Assembly (NCBI GenBank): GCA_002269645.1
Contig: NIVC01001308.1
Span: forward strand, 98,501-162,500
Length of the DNA stretch: 64,000 bases
Source of the DNA: Macrostomum lignano
Taxonomy: Eukaryota
Direction: 5' to 3'
The notes under the pieces were generated by a model. That model saw only the letters and a list, made by a program, of their open reading frames with translations. It did no database searches and was not told the origin of the DNA. A program made the translations under genes and the position numbers. Positions 22,163 through 34,437 of the stretch are shown here, piece by piece. Positions within the stretch are counted from its first letter, which is position 1. Every line of letters begins with the position of its first letter.

Positions 22163-22440
22163 ATCTGCCCTAATGAGCAGATGTGCAACCGACAGCTCAG
22201 CCGCAGCTATTGCAAGGCGCATCTGAAGGCTGCGTACGGCTGTTCAGTCCAAGGACTGGGGAGGGGGTCGCCACACACCCTCAACTACCCCAGCTAATGC
22301 TGACACCCATCTTACAGCTGTGTGAACTGACGTAATGCAGAGTTAAGCGTCTTGCTCAAATCACACAAATTGTTCTATTGGGATCGGGAATCGAACCCCC
22401 CACCCCACCGACCTTCAAGCCGACTACAATAAGTGTCACT
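22163..22440 (-). mobile_element. tRNA-derived SINE with CORE/MIR-like central domain, copy 1 (head decayed)
   Basis: Highly similar to 29705-29990. Confidence 0.75.
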
Positions 22441-22649
22441 AGTTGAAGCATGTAGAGCCAATGGCATTTCAGGCCAGGGCCATACACATAGAAACTGTCC
22501 ACAAACAAAATGACACAATTTATTGGTAAAGCCAGAAAAATGAACTATTGCAATTTTAAAATGACAGCATTTACTAAATTGCTTAATAAAATCTCCCCAT
22601 AAAATATGAAACAATAAAAAATTTAGTATGCAATCATATTTTTAGCGTA

Positions 22650-23420
22650 ACAGGATCTGGGAGACTGGCCCAGCAACTGGGGATCTGGGAGGCTGGCCCA
22701 GAAACTGGGGATCTGGGAGGCTGGCCTAAGCAACTGGGGATCTGGGAGGCTGGCCCAGCAACTGGGGATCTGGGAGGCTGGCCCAGCAACTGGGGATCTG
22801 GGAGGCTGGCCCAGCAACTGGGGATCTTGGAGGCTGGCCCAGCAACTGGGGATGTGGGAGGCTGGCTCAGCAACTGGGGATCTAAGAGGCTGGCCCAGCA
22901 ACTGGGGATCTTGGAGGCTGGCCCAGCAACTGGGGATCTGGGAGACTGGCCCAGTAACTGGGGATCTGGGAGGCTGGCCCAGCAACTGGGGATCTGGAAG
23001 GCTGCCCCAGCAACTGGGGATCTGGGAGGCTGGCTCAGCAACTGGGGATCTGGGAGGCTGGCCCAGCAACTGAGGATCTGGGAGGCTGGCTCAGCAACTG
23101 GGGATCTGGGAGGCTGGCCCAGCAACTGGGGATCTGGGAGGCTGGCCCAGCAACTGGGGATCTGGGAGGCTGGCCCAGCAACTGAGGATCTGGGAGGCTG
23201 GCCCAGCAACTGGGGATCTGGGAGACTGGCCCAGCAACTGGGGATCTGGGAGACTGGCCCAGCAACTGGGGATCTGGGAGAAATGCCCAGCAACTGGGGA
23301 TCTGGGAGGCTGGCCCAGCATTTGGGGATCTGGGAGACTGGCCCAGCAACTGAGGATCTGGGAGGCTGGCCCAGCAACTGGGGATCTGTGAGGCTGGCTC
23401 AGCAACTGGGGATCTGGGAG
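22650..23420. repeat. 28-bp minisatellite (ggcccagcaactggggatctgggaggct), about 27 units
   Basis: Direct tandem units. Confidence 0.95.
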
Positions 23421-23694
23421 GCCCCAAAATTTTATCTTAGCTTGGGAAGAAAGTTAGCTGAACAGTACAGGAAGTGGAAATGAAAATAGCAGTTTCAATT
23501 TTTCTACAAGCTCTAAAACACTACTTTAAATAGTCAAGCATTGAGAAGGCGAAGCATGTTTAACAGCTATGCTCGGTGAAAAAACGAAAAATATACTTTT
23601 TCTGCGGTCGAAACGGTTCTTTTACATCTATAAATTCCTTTTCAATTGGCTCGCATTAAAACATATTGCCATACTGGCAGTGCTGCAATTGTTG

Positions 23695-26600
23695 CTAGGC
23701 AACGGGAGCACCAGTTTTCCATCTTGACGCCTGCGCCGCCGCAGGCGGGGCGGTGGCCGCCAGTGGGAAGTAGGGGTAGCTGGGCGCCCACTGGCTTCTG
23801 GCGTTGAAGCTCCTGCCCTCCTCTTTGTCGATTTCCACTCGGCCGAACATGCACTCGGCGTAGCTGGGCGGCGCTGCAATGCAAGGCGGAGCAATTCCTG
23901 TTTTTTATTGGGATCTTAGCACTTCTACAATAGAATCTGAGCACTCTACAATAGAATCTGAGCACTCTACAATAGAATCTGAGCACTCTACAATAGAATC
24001 TGAGCACTCTACAATAGAATCTGAGCACTCTACAATAGAATCTGAGCACTTCTACAACCGAATCTGAGCACTCTACAATAGAATATGAGCACTTCTACAA
24101 TAGAATCTGAGCACTTCTACAATAGAATCTGAGCACTCTACAATAGAATCTGAGCACTCTACAATAATATCTGAGCACTCTACAATAGAATCTGAGCACT
24201 CTACAATAATATCTGAGCACTCTACAATAGAATCTGAGCACTCTACAATAATATCTGAGCACTCTACAATAGAATCTGAGCACTCTACAATTCTTCGTTC
24301 AGTTAAAAACAGCTGATGGAAAGCCATATGCTGTAAGTACACTGACATGCTTTCGCGCCTGTGCACCGGTATTTATTAGAGAAGCGAAATCTGAAGCTGA
24401 TTGGCAACGATGCGTTCTTATCGTTTGATCGAACGTACAAGGCTTTGTTGGTCAAATCGCTTCAGCAAAAAAAGGCTGTAGGCAGCGGTCCAAAGTACTG
24501 TCCAATTGACGACAAAGACTTCAACCGCCTACGCCTCTATTTCGATCGTTCGACGCCAACTTGACTGCAATTTGAAGTTCTGTTCAAGATTGTTTATGGC
24601 TTTGGTTTTCGCGGCAGGGAGTGGCTGCGAGAGTTGACTAAGGCCGATGTGATAATTTACGAGTGTGATGGTGTTCGCTATGTGGACCTGCTGAAGACAT
24701 CTATCGAAAAAACTGTGTCTGATAGTAATCCGTCGACATCTAAGAGCTTTATCTTAGCCGAGACACCGGATTATCCAGGCTCATGTCCTGTACGGGCGAT
24801 TGAGTTGTATCTGTGGGTCATTCCAGAAGATGTTGCCTGTCTCTGGCCCAAGCCTTTGAATCAAGCCGACAAAGACGGTATGTGGTACCACAAGACCCTG
24901 GTGCTTGGTAAGAATTGGTAAGATCAGGCTGGTCTGAGTTGCCGTTCCCACACAAATCATTGCATTCGAGCGTTGGTAGTGTCAAACCTTATCGAAGATG
25001 AAGTCACTAGATCAGACATTCAAGTCGTAACCGGCCACAAAAGAATCGAGAGTGTGGACCTCTACAACAAGAGAATGAAGTTCTCGAAGAAGGTAGATCT
25101 ATCAAACACTATTAGTCGTCGACTGGCTGTTCCAGGCCGGTCTGAAACAAGCTTTACCGCATCGAACACGTCGGTTGTATCGACTGGAGACGTAATCGAG
25201 AGATCGGCTACCGACTGCTCGACTAGCTCTGTTGTGCCGACTACGAACTCATTCACGAGATCAGCTACCAACTACTCTATTGCAGTCGGCAGTTCACAGA
25301 GTGCAAGCTCACTGTTTGAAAATTGCAAGTTTGAAAATTGTACGTTTAACTTTAATCAATCAAACTAAGGTCAGGAGGTATTCCGCGTGAGAAATCTAAA
25401 GACTGTCAATGGACTATATATCTAATGTTTATCTCATGTTAATGTTAATATCTAATATTAGCTGAAAATATACACATAGTTTCTTTGTGCCCACTTGGGG
25501 CCATAGACAACTTTTGCTGGCGGGCAGACATCGTAGCTTTCACCCTCGTTTCGGCAGGCTTAGGACTGCTACAATACAATCTGAGCACTCTACAATAGAA
25601 TCTGAGCACTTTACAACAGAATATGAGCACTCTACAATAGAATCTGAGCACTTTACAACAGAATATGAGCACTCTACAATAGAATATGAGCACTCTACAA
25701 TACAATCTGAGCACTCTACAATAGAATCTCAGCACTCTACAATGGAATCTGAGCACTCTACAATAGAATCTGAGCACTTCTACAATACAATCTCAGCACT
25801 CTACAATGGAATCTGAGCACTCTACAACAGAATCTGTGCACTTCTACAATAGAATCTGGGCACTTCTAAAATAGAATCTGAGCACTCTACAATAGAATCT
25901 GAGCGCTCTACAATAGAATCTGAGCACTTCTGCAATAGAATCTGAGCACTCTACAACAGAATCTGTGCACTCTACAATAGAATCTGAGCACTCTACAAAG
26001 GAATCTCAGCACTCTACAATGGAATCTGAGCACTCTACAACAGAATCTGTGCACTTCTACAATAGAATCTGGGCACTTCTAAAATAGAATCTGAGCACTC
26101 TACAATAGAATCTGAGCGCTCTACAATAGAATCTGAGCACTCTCATTAGGGTCTGAGCATTCTCATTAGGGTCTAAGCACTCTCTTAAGTTAAAGAAGAA
26201 TCGCCGAAGATTCAGGCGATCGCTCATCTTTGATAGCTTACGCGGAATAACCTGGCCACCAGGCTGCGGCTGCTGTTTGATGACGTCACTCATTGGCGCC
26301 GTTGGCAGCGGCGGTGGCATTCCGAAAGTCGACCAGAGCGGCACGCTGCCGATCAGCAGCTCGCAGCACTCTTTCTTCACCGACAGGCAGCAGCCGCCGT
26401 CTGCGTTTAGCTGGACACAGGATGAAAAAATGTACGAGTGCACTTTGATTGCTACTGATGTACTTTTGATGGCACTCGTGTACTTTTAACGGTACTGATG
26501 TACTTTTGACGGTACTAGTGTACTTTTAACGATCCTGATGTACTTTTGGTACTAAATTGGTGAATGTTACTAAAAAACTTATAACGTTACTGGTGTACTT

Positions 26601-29600
26601 CTCATGAAATTGAGTACATTTATAATAGTACAGATACATGTAATTTAAATTTCTAATGTTGATATGATACACTTTCAAGATAAGCGAGGTCGGCAATAAG
26701 CTTTTATTCGTTCCTTTAGAATCAGATTACTTGATAAAAATAACTTCTAAATAGTAATTTCAACCTACTCGAAAGTAGTAGTGCACGCGTATATTGTTGC
26801 AGCCTTCAATGTGCGAACTGGGCACGGGGTTGACCGGCAGAAGATGGTTGAGCTGCATCGACTGGCCCTGCTCAATGCCGGACAGGCTGACAGAGGACGC
26901 CACGCGGGACGAAGTTTTGCGCTTGCTGGGCGTTATGAATATGCTTTGCTGCAATGGCGGGATGGAATGTAGGAACTTGGGTTAGTTAAGTGAAATTATG
27001 TCAGAAATCGATGCTAGTCCTGTACTCTACAACTCACTTGAACGTTACAGAATTCTAAACAGTATTTCTTTTTACAAACAGAATACTCTGTGCTTGATTG
27101 TGCACAGGGTCAGGTGGGCTAACGCCCCCAACTGCCCCTGTCCTTCCCCCGCCCTCCGCAGGGCCCTGCTTGGACTCAACCGCAGGGACATCAGGGCGGT
27201 AACCATGGGCCCTCTCGGGTCCGCTACCTGAGGGCTACAGGGCGAGCGACAATCCACCTCCTGGACTCTCCTGAGGGGGACCATGCTGCACCACCGGATT
27301 TCCCTGCGCGACACCGCAGCACCAGGGGTTAAGCGGAATGGGCGGTGACGCCTCCCCCTGTATCCGGAGCCCCATGCAGCCAAGTCAAGTGCTTAACTTT
27401 TTACAAGCCTTGATGTGTTGGACTTCATAGATCCTCTACTAAACTGAATAATCAGACATCAGACAACAAAACAAAGACTGCAGGATTAAAAGCCCTGGTC
27501 ATCTGGTCTCTGCTCTGTTCTGGATAATTGCTGAGAATCATAACCTCCCCACTTTACGATATGCCCATTCTATCTCTGCAACTTGTGAACTTTTGGTTAA
27601 AAAAAGGTGAAGCTGTAGACTGTAGGTTAAACAAGTTAGCCAGACCTGATAAATCTCCAGGTTGACGCTCTCCAAGTTGGTCTTGCTGGTATTGCAGATC
27701 TCACCAGTGATGTGCACCTGTTCTCCTGGCACGTAGCCTTTCTTAGGCAGGGCTACGCTGACTCTAACTTTGCCACAGCAACAATTGAAGCAATAGCAGC
27801 ACTTTACGTCAAAATCCTCCTCGGATTTGAACGGTCCAACCTCGTCGGGTAGGCGAATGTTCAAGTCTAAGTCGCGAATAACGGTGAAATTTTTTTTGGT
27901 GTAGTCGTCAAACTTCCATGGCCGATCAATTTTAGCCTTGATCTCATAGCGAATTCGACCGATGCCGGATTCGAATGACGATGGAGCAGTCGGCGGTAGT
28001 TGAAACGTCACTGGGTAGATGTACTCCCCAGCTGGGTGGTGCTCCGCCGAGGGGCCCACAGTCTCGGGAGCTGTTAAGGCGGCGGGCACAACAAGAATGT
28101 GCAGCTGCGCGAATGACTAATAGACCAATAGATACTGTAGCTATTGACACTATACCGATACAAGGTGACGTAAAAAATGCAATCTGCTCAACTATAACAA
28201 TTTTAGCATGGTTAAAACTCCGCTTCGATCACAAGCACATGGCGTTCGTCCGACAGTCTAGCATATGGTACACGATTCTGGGACTGATCTTGCTCCTCCG
28301 CAGCAGTTGCAAAGTAAAATATAGAGGTGAAAATATAGAGCCGCTGTGGACCAAATTGATGCTTGTCGGACTGTTAAAAAGCAGAAAGCTTTAGGGTCCT
28401 AAATTCAACTGAAATTCTGAATTCGTAATCATTTATGCTGAAATAACGACCGCTCTGAAAGTTTTTCATTAAACCATCGCTGTGCGTAAGATACAATGAC
28501 GTTGCATAGTAGGTAACGGACCGTTACCTGCTATACAATCCACCATTACTTTCACAAACATATCTTGGATTAAGTGCCTGAGCGGTAAGAAACTGAACTA
28601 AATTCCCTATTTTATCCCTAATTATTCCTTTACTCAGTCCAAATTTAGGCAAACCACAAAACAAGGCCGACCGTCTTCTCTTGTCTGCTATCCTCTACCG
28701 GTTACTCCTCCTTCCTCTCTGCTAGTTCAACCCTTTTTACTATAGAATGAGTGAAGCAAAACGCTTATTTCTTGAAAAACCGAATCGAAGACTCGGAGGA
28801 CGAAAATCCCACGAGCTAAAAATGCTTGTATTTATAGCCGCTTGGAGCGAGGTTGCGGTGCGCGGGGTAGGTTGTAACAAAAATCAATTTAAACAAAGTT
28901 TTCTTCACGTTAATAAATTTTCCGTCTATAACAACATATAATCCACTTTAACAAATATCGTTGACTTAAACAAAATATCCGATTCAAACAAATTATTTAC
29001 GTAACTAAAGGATGTTTTTAGCGGAGATTCAAAATAGGGCGTGCCTTACTAGTAAATTTTCATAATTATTCATAATTAGTCTTTTCAACCTTAAAAATTT
29101 TTTGAAGCCGCTTTGGATTTTTTGCTAGTTTACATGTACTAAATTTTGCGCACTCATATGGCAAATCTGATATTCCCAAAGAGGAATCATTGAATAATGT
29201 AAATTTGCTTGCTGCAAATATAGACTTGAACATATTCCCTTTGAATTTCCAATACGGAAGTTACATACAAGCAAAAATTGACAATTCAAACAGATCTCAC
29301 TGTAAATAGCCACTTTCTGATCGATGTAAACTTCCTCAGATCTGTAGTGCACCGTTTCAGTTCGACGGTTGTTGCCAGATCCGGTTGACCTGCTCTCGGT
29401 CCAGTGTACGTAAGAATTGCCGAATAGCTTAACGTATATCGCTGGAGTAGATAAGTGTTGGGTGTGATTACTAAATTACGCTAAGCTGACTTAATTTCAG
29501 ATGGAGGTCCAATCATTTCGAGATTGGGGGGTTGTAAAGTCGATTGCAAGTATGAAAAGATTTGAAAATGTTCGCTTTCCAAAACACAAGTGTTGTACGA

Positions 29601-30412
29601 GTATAACAATCAGATTGTATCAGGAAGATTTTTAGCTAAACCAGCTCTACGCTAAACTAAAGCAGAAAGATTGTAATAATTATAATAATGATAATTGATT
29701 ACACCCACCCCAATTGGGCCAGACGTGTAACCGACAGCTCAGCCGCAGCTATTGCAGGCGCATCTGAAGGCTGCGTACGGCTGTTCAGTTCAAAGACTGG
29801 GGGGTCGCCACACACCTCAATTACCCCAGCTAATGCTGGTGCCCATTTTACAGCTGAATGAACTGAAGCAATACAGAGTTAAGTGTCTTGCTTAAGGACA
29901 CAAACTGTTCCAGTGGGATCAGGAATCGAACCCCCCGACCTTCAAGTCGTGAGTCTGACGCTCTAACCACTAGGCTACAACCCCTACTAGAAGGATTGTA
30001 GACTGATCGATCACTGATCCTCACAACTGCGAAAGAAGCAAGCATGTTTCTTTTGCGTAAAGTTGATTCAAAAGTTTTCGATATAAAATTAGTAATTAGT
30101 TTGGTTAATCAGTACAGACATTTCGTGTATAGTAGTAAAAAAGGAAAATACGAGTATTCTATCGCCCCTATTAAATTTGTAAGCTTGTAAGTGCAACAGC
30201 CTTCTATGTTAGTTTTTAAATATTAAAAGCATGTAAAAATGAAATGTTTTATAATTTATTGTAGCTTGAAACAGTGTGTACCAACCTCTGCACTTGACAA
30301 GCTCGGTCAGTCTCAGGTGAACCTGGAATGCGATGGTCTGACCGGAGCGGTACACAGCCTGTGGATTCACCTCGGCATCGTCGAATACAATGTCGAATAT
30401 TTCCACTTTCAT
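23695..30412 (-). CDS. ARRDC: Alpha-arrestin / arrestin domain-containing protein, 6 exons, 406 aa: 30412-30286, 29441-29301, 28070-27646, 26948-26769, 26410-26242, 23873-23695
   Basis: All introns GT-AG with consistent phases (1,1,0,0,1), total 1221 nt; arrestin-N (YPVTFQLP...SSFESGIGRIRY), arrestin-C (KGYVPGEQ, IGSVPL), PTAP and PPSY in the tail; family-level call only. Confidence 0.9.
23911..26190 (+). mobile_element. Crypton-like tyrosine-recombinase element with 21-bp tandem arrays at both ends, filling arrestin intron 5
   Basis: Arrays of gagcactctacaatagaatct at 23911-24290 and 25567-26185 in direct orientation flank the YR pseudo-ORF. Confidence 0.75.
24291..25368 (+). pseudogene. 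Tyrosine recombinase (Crypton/DUF3504-like), 5'-truncated, two in-frame stops
   Basis: Three track ORFs share one frame; catalytic-type motifs GFRGRE (R 24610), CPV, WY...LGKN, TNHCIRA (H 24958, R 24967), TGHK (H 25036), SVDLY (Y 25063); upstream FFVQLKTADGKPY in an adjacent frame. Confidence 0.85.
27130..27385 (+). mobile_element. Possible decayed 3' fragment of a non-LTR retrotransposon
   Basis: GC-rich island in an intron; ALLGLNRRDIRAVT resembles the C-terminal region of I/R1-type LINE ORF2; weak. Confidence 0.25.
29705..29990 (-). mobile_element. tRNA-derived SINE with CORE/MIR-like central domain, copy 2
   Basis: Minus strand A box tagcctagtggttag, B box ggttcgattcc, then gtgtccttaagcaagacacttaactct...cagctgtaaaatggg resembling the MIR/CORE consensus. 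Confidence 0.8.
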
Positions 30413-32586
30413 TATAGCGATTGTAGCTTGGCGAGAGCATGAAATTTCAGGCAAGGTGAATCAATATGCTGCAGTCCCACGGGTGTGCTAGGGAAAGGCG
30501 GGAGTGTGTCGGGTGGCCTATGCTCATGAAATATTGGCCTAAGCGCTGCAGATATATCGAGGGGTGGACGGTTTTCAAAGTGGGACTGCAAACATCCAAC
30601 TTGCAGTTCCGCTCTCTCTCTTTCTAACCCCTTTGAACTAGCTTTGGATGCCGCTTTCTCACTGACCAATCAACCGTTTGCATTCATGGTTTCTAAGGTT
30701 TTATCCTTGAGCTGCTGGGCAGACTTTTCCCTTGATCGAACGGTTTTTTGAGAATAAGACTGAAAAATTGCCGGCAAAACAACCAGGGAGGACTGGGTGC
30801 AGCTGCTAGCGGTTCATAAAAGCGGAAGATTTGAGAGCTTCCCTACTCCAAAACTCGACCGGGCTGAGCTAAATTATACCGTATAAGACTACTGTCGGGC
30901 GCATGTAGGCACTAAACAGTTCAGTTCTTAGTTCGGGCTTCTCGTATGCCCCGAACTCAAACACAAAACGAGGGGATAGAAAAAATGCCGACTTCCTCAT
31001 TCGCCCTCTTGCTCCCCTTCCCACGGAGTCGAATTTTCATTCACCCCTATCCCTAACTCTCCTTGATTTGCATTTCTCTGGTCTCTCGTGCCCGATATAA
31101 CTGATTGGCACGGGTGGTCAAAAACCACCCGGATCAAAGATTGGACCACCGCGGTGCAGCCCCCAAGCCATGGAGTTCTCATAAATTATCGGAAGAGATC
31201 GTCTAGTCTAGGCTCACTCCTAACCAGATTCTAGCTCTGAAACTCCATAAACGAAGCTTCCGTTACTAATTCTCTTACAGAGGAGAGAAAGGGAGGCAGA
31301 CAGATACGCGCAGTAGTGAAGGAATCTACAGCCAGAGAAATGCGAGAGCATCTATGCATGCCAATTTCTCGCGCAGGGGAGAAGATATTACTCACTTCTG
31401 CGTGGAAATGTTTTGTACAAGAAAAATATGGTTCCCCGTCTTTTTAGCTGCTCGGCTGCTATGGCTGCCCGCGGCAATGCAGAAGAAGATTGAAGAGTGG
31501 TTCAGAGAGTGTAAAAGAGAGAGAGAGACACTGGGTGAACGCACAGCGCTATTAAAGCAAAGTCAGCCGTCTAAGCGCACCCCATGTTAGCCTGTACAGA
31601 CAGTCAATGTAGTGCAAACAGTTAAAATCGAATTCATCGTACGCGCCTGCAACACAGACAAAGCGAAAGGCGGAGCCGCAGAAGTGTACCAAATGCACCC
31701 TGACGAACTATTACTTCCAGGCAACCCAGACAGCCAACAGAATAAATCATTGATACACAATTTTCAGATAAAATTTATGGCGAAATTCAAGCTTCAAAAC
31801 GCAGGCGATAATAAATAACTGTGGAAATTATTTTTTTAAAACAACAATGGCGTAGAGCAAAATTTAACCGATAATTTCGTAGAAAAGAAGAAAACACAAA
31901 AACCGCAAATTATTGATAGTTATATTTCACCAACCGCAACTACTGAGAGTAATGTAAGTAGAGGCATAAGCAGAAAACTCGTCATTGATAATGTTTCTCA
32001 GAACTTAGATAAATATTACGTATTCACAGCTGGAATAATTGGAATTTAAGAACCTGCCGCAACTGTTTTACCTTCAACTGCTTCGGGTGAAAAGCACTAA
32101 GAAACATAATGAAAATTTTGTTAATCAAAATAACTATCCAAATCAAAAAGCCACAATAACGGATCTTTGGTTACTAAGAAACGCAGTTTCAACTTGAAAC
32201 TGTGCAGTTAAGGACACATTGTATAAACGATAGTACTGTATACAGATTGTACAAACAATTCCAACAAGATTAAGCCATAAAAACGATCAAAAAACCACAC
32301 AACTGGGCCTAAACGATGAAAACTCAATCGATCTATATAAGAGAGAAGAGCTGAATATAAAAAGTATAATGCTTGAATAAAACATCACCACTAAACGACA
32401 ATACCAAAAAATACTCAAAAAGCTACCTTCCACATAGAAATGGTGCCTATCTGAGTATTCGGGAATAACTGCAGAAGAAAAAACCACATACTCGTAAACT
32501 TAGTGGCTGTGCAGTCTCAGTAATTCAAAGACAGACTCATAAAGACATTAATCATCCAGGGTGGTAGCAGGATACAAACTGCGACC

Positions 32587-34437
32587 TTATTGTCCACCAG
32601 GATATGGTGCACCACCTTGCTGTGCAACCGGATATGGTCCACCACCTGGTTGTGCACCAGGATATGGTGCACCACCTGGCTGTGCACCAGGATATGGTGC
32701 ACCACCTGACTGTGCACCAGGATATGGGGCAGAACCAGGCTGCACGCCAGGGTAAGAAGCATCGCCAAAAAAGCCACCCGAAATTCCGGCACCACCAGCG
32801 GCTGACGGAGCGTCGTTGCGAACTCGAGGCGGACCAGCTCGAATTCCGCGACGCCTCATCCACTCGCACACCTGATTCGGAAGCTCCGCCAGTACCTCCT
32901 TCGCCAAGGCATACCTGCTGCGATCAATGTTGCCACCCTGAATGAAACGACGCAAAGGAACGAATTGGACGACATCTCTTTCGGCGATCATCGACCCGCA
33001 GCGAAGTCGTTTGTCGTCTGAGTCCAGATCCTTCATCGCAGAGAAGTCCTCGTTTCCGACACCAACTATGATTATGGACATCGGTAGAGATGACGCCTTG
33101 ATGATTGCCTGCTTCGTCTTCTCGAAGTCCGTGATGATTCCGTCAGTGATGATCAGCAGTACAAAGTACTGAGCTCCTGTCTGGTGAGCCGCAGCCATTG
33201 ACGCTACGTGGTTGATCACGGGCGAAAAGTTTGTCGGACCGTACAGTCGCACCGCTCTGATGCAAGACCGATAGGCCGCGAGAAGACCTAGCATTCCTGC
33301 GCAGTACGGGTTTTCGGGCTGCAGAGTCAGCGAGAACGCATCCTGAACTCCCGAGAACATTGGAGGCAACAGAGCTCCGAAGCCCAGTCCGGGAAACTGC
33401 TTGTCTGAGTCGTAGTCCTGCACAATCTCTCCTACCGAAATTATCGCCAGCTCGTACTGGTTCGGTCGGCCGTCGGCGCTCACGTGGTGCAGCGAGCGAG
33501 GGTCTCTGGGGTCTCCGTTGCTGCCCGTGAAGTCGATTGCAACCGTGAAGTGCAGCTCAGTGCCGCCCTGAATGTAGTCGACGAACGAGTCGATGGTCTC
33601 GATTCCGATCTGGCTGAACACGATGGTTCCAGCCGACTTTTTCTTCTTGCTGATGAGGGTTCGTTGGGCGGAGCGGCTCCGAGCCACCTCCTGCTCCAAG
33701 CTCTCCAGGCTGCTGTAAAAGCTTCCTATCAGATCATGAGAGCCGTCTCCATCATAATCATAGCAATCAAATCGTAGGATTAAACGCTTATTACCACGAC
33801 AGATTCGAGCGACTGGTACAGAAAACATTGCCCATCGTGGGTTCAAGTTATTCTTAATAACCTCCGTTCGATGCACAAGAGACCAATTGCGAACGTGGTT
33901 TAACTCGTCTTCGCTTGTTACATCTTCAAGTGGTTGATAGATTTCAAGAAATGGATCTGATTTGCCAAGAAAGTCTTTTTTATCAAGTTTGTGCCCTTCA
34001 ATTTGAAAGTTAACAACTTGCTTGCACTCTTGAACTTCTACACAGGTTACAGTAATGATGGACGTCTTCGAACTTTTTGTCCTGCAAAGTTTAGTTTCGA
34101 ATCGACGTCGGCTTACAAGCTCGCCGATCGAAGTCTCCAACTCGCCGAGAAAGTCGTGCTCAGACAGTCGAGCACTCGGACTGTCCAAGTCGTAAATTTG
34201 AAACTTCACCAGCTGACGCTCCTCGAACATGAAGTCGACAATGAACCGATGGCTGAATTCGGGATCAAGCGTGTTGTTCAGTCTCTCAGTTCTGCCGATT
34301 TCTTGAAAGTTGGAAGTTCCCGGCTGGCGCAGGAACAGGACGCACTGAGGATCTGACTTGGAGGTGACGTCACGGTCAGGCAGATTTCTGCAGGACACGC
34401 TGATCTCAACGCGACTGGTTAGGCTTGGGCTGGACAT
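32587..34437 (-). CDS. CPNE: Copine A (C2A-C2B-vWA, PYPG-repeat tail), intronless, about 616 aa
   Basis: SKSDPQCV, KKDFLGKSDPFLEI, VAIDFTGSNG, LLIITDGIITD, SIIIVGVG, RDVVQFVP; first ATG at 34437. Confidence 0.95.
   Translation of the reverse strand: MSSPSLTSRVEISVSCRNLPDRDVTSKSDPQCVLFLRQPGTSNFQEIGRTERLNNTLDPEFSHRFIVDFMFEERQLVKFQIYDLDSPSARLSEHDFLGELETSIGELVSRRRFETKLCRTKSSKTSIITVTCVEVQECKQVVNFQIEGHKLDKKDFLGKSDPFLEIYQPLEDVTSEDELNHVRNWSLVHRTEVIKNNLNPRWAMFSVPVARICRGNKRLILRFDCYDYDGDGSHDLIGSFYSSLESLEQEVARSRSAQRTLISKKKKSAGTIVFSQIGIETIDSFVDYIQGGTELHFTVAIDFTGSNGDPRDPRSLHHVSADGRPNQYELAIISVGEIVQDYDSDKQFPGLGFGALLPPMFSGVQDAFSLTLQPENPYCAGMLGLLAAYRSCIRAVRLYGPTNFSPVINHVASMAAAHQTGAQYFVLLIITDGIITDFEKTKQAIIKASSLPMSIIIVGVGNEDFSAMKDLDSDDKRLRCGSMIAERDVVQFVPLRRFIQGGNIDRSRYALAKEVLAELPNQVCEWMRRRGIRAGPPRVRNDAPSAAGGAGISGGFFGDASYPGVQPGSAPYPGAQSGGAPYPGAQPGGAPYPGAQPGGGPYPVAQQGGAPYPGGQ

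Noticed and set aside
23911-26190. CRISPR-like appearance of repeat arrays flanking a recombinase
   Set aside because: Units are head-to-tail with no unique spacers, there are no cas genes and the context is a eukaryotic intron
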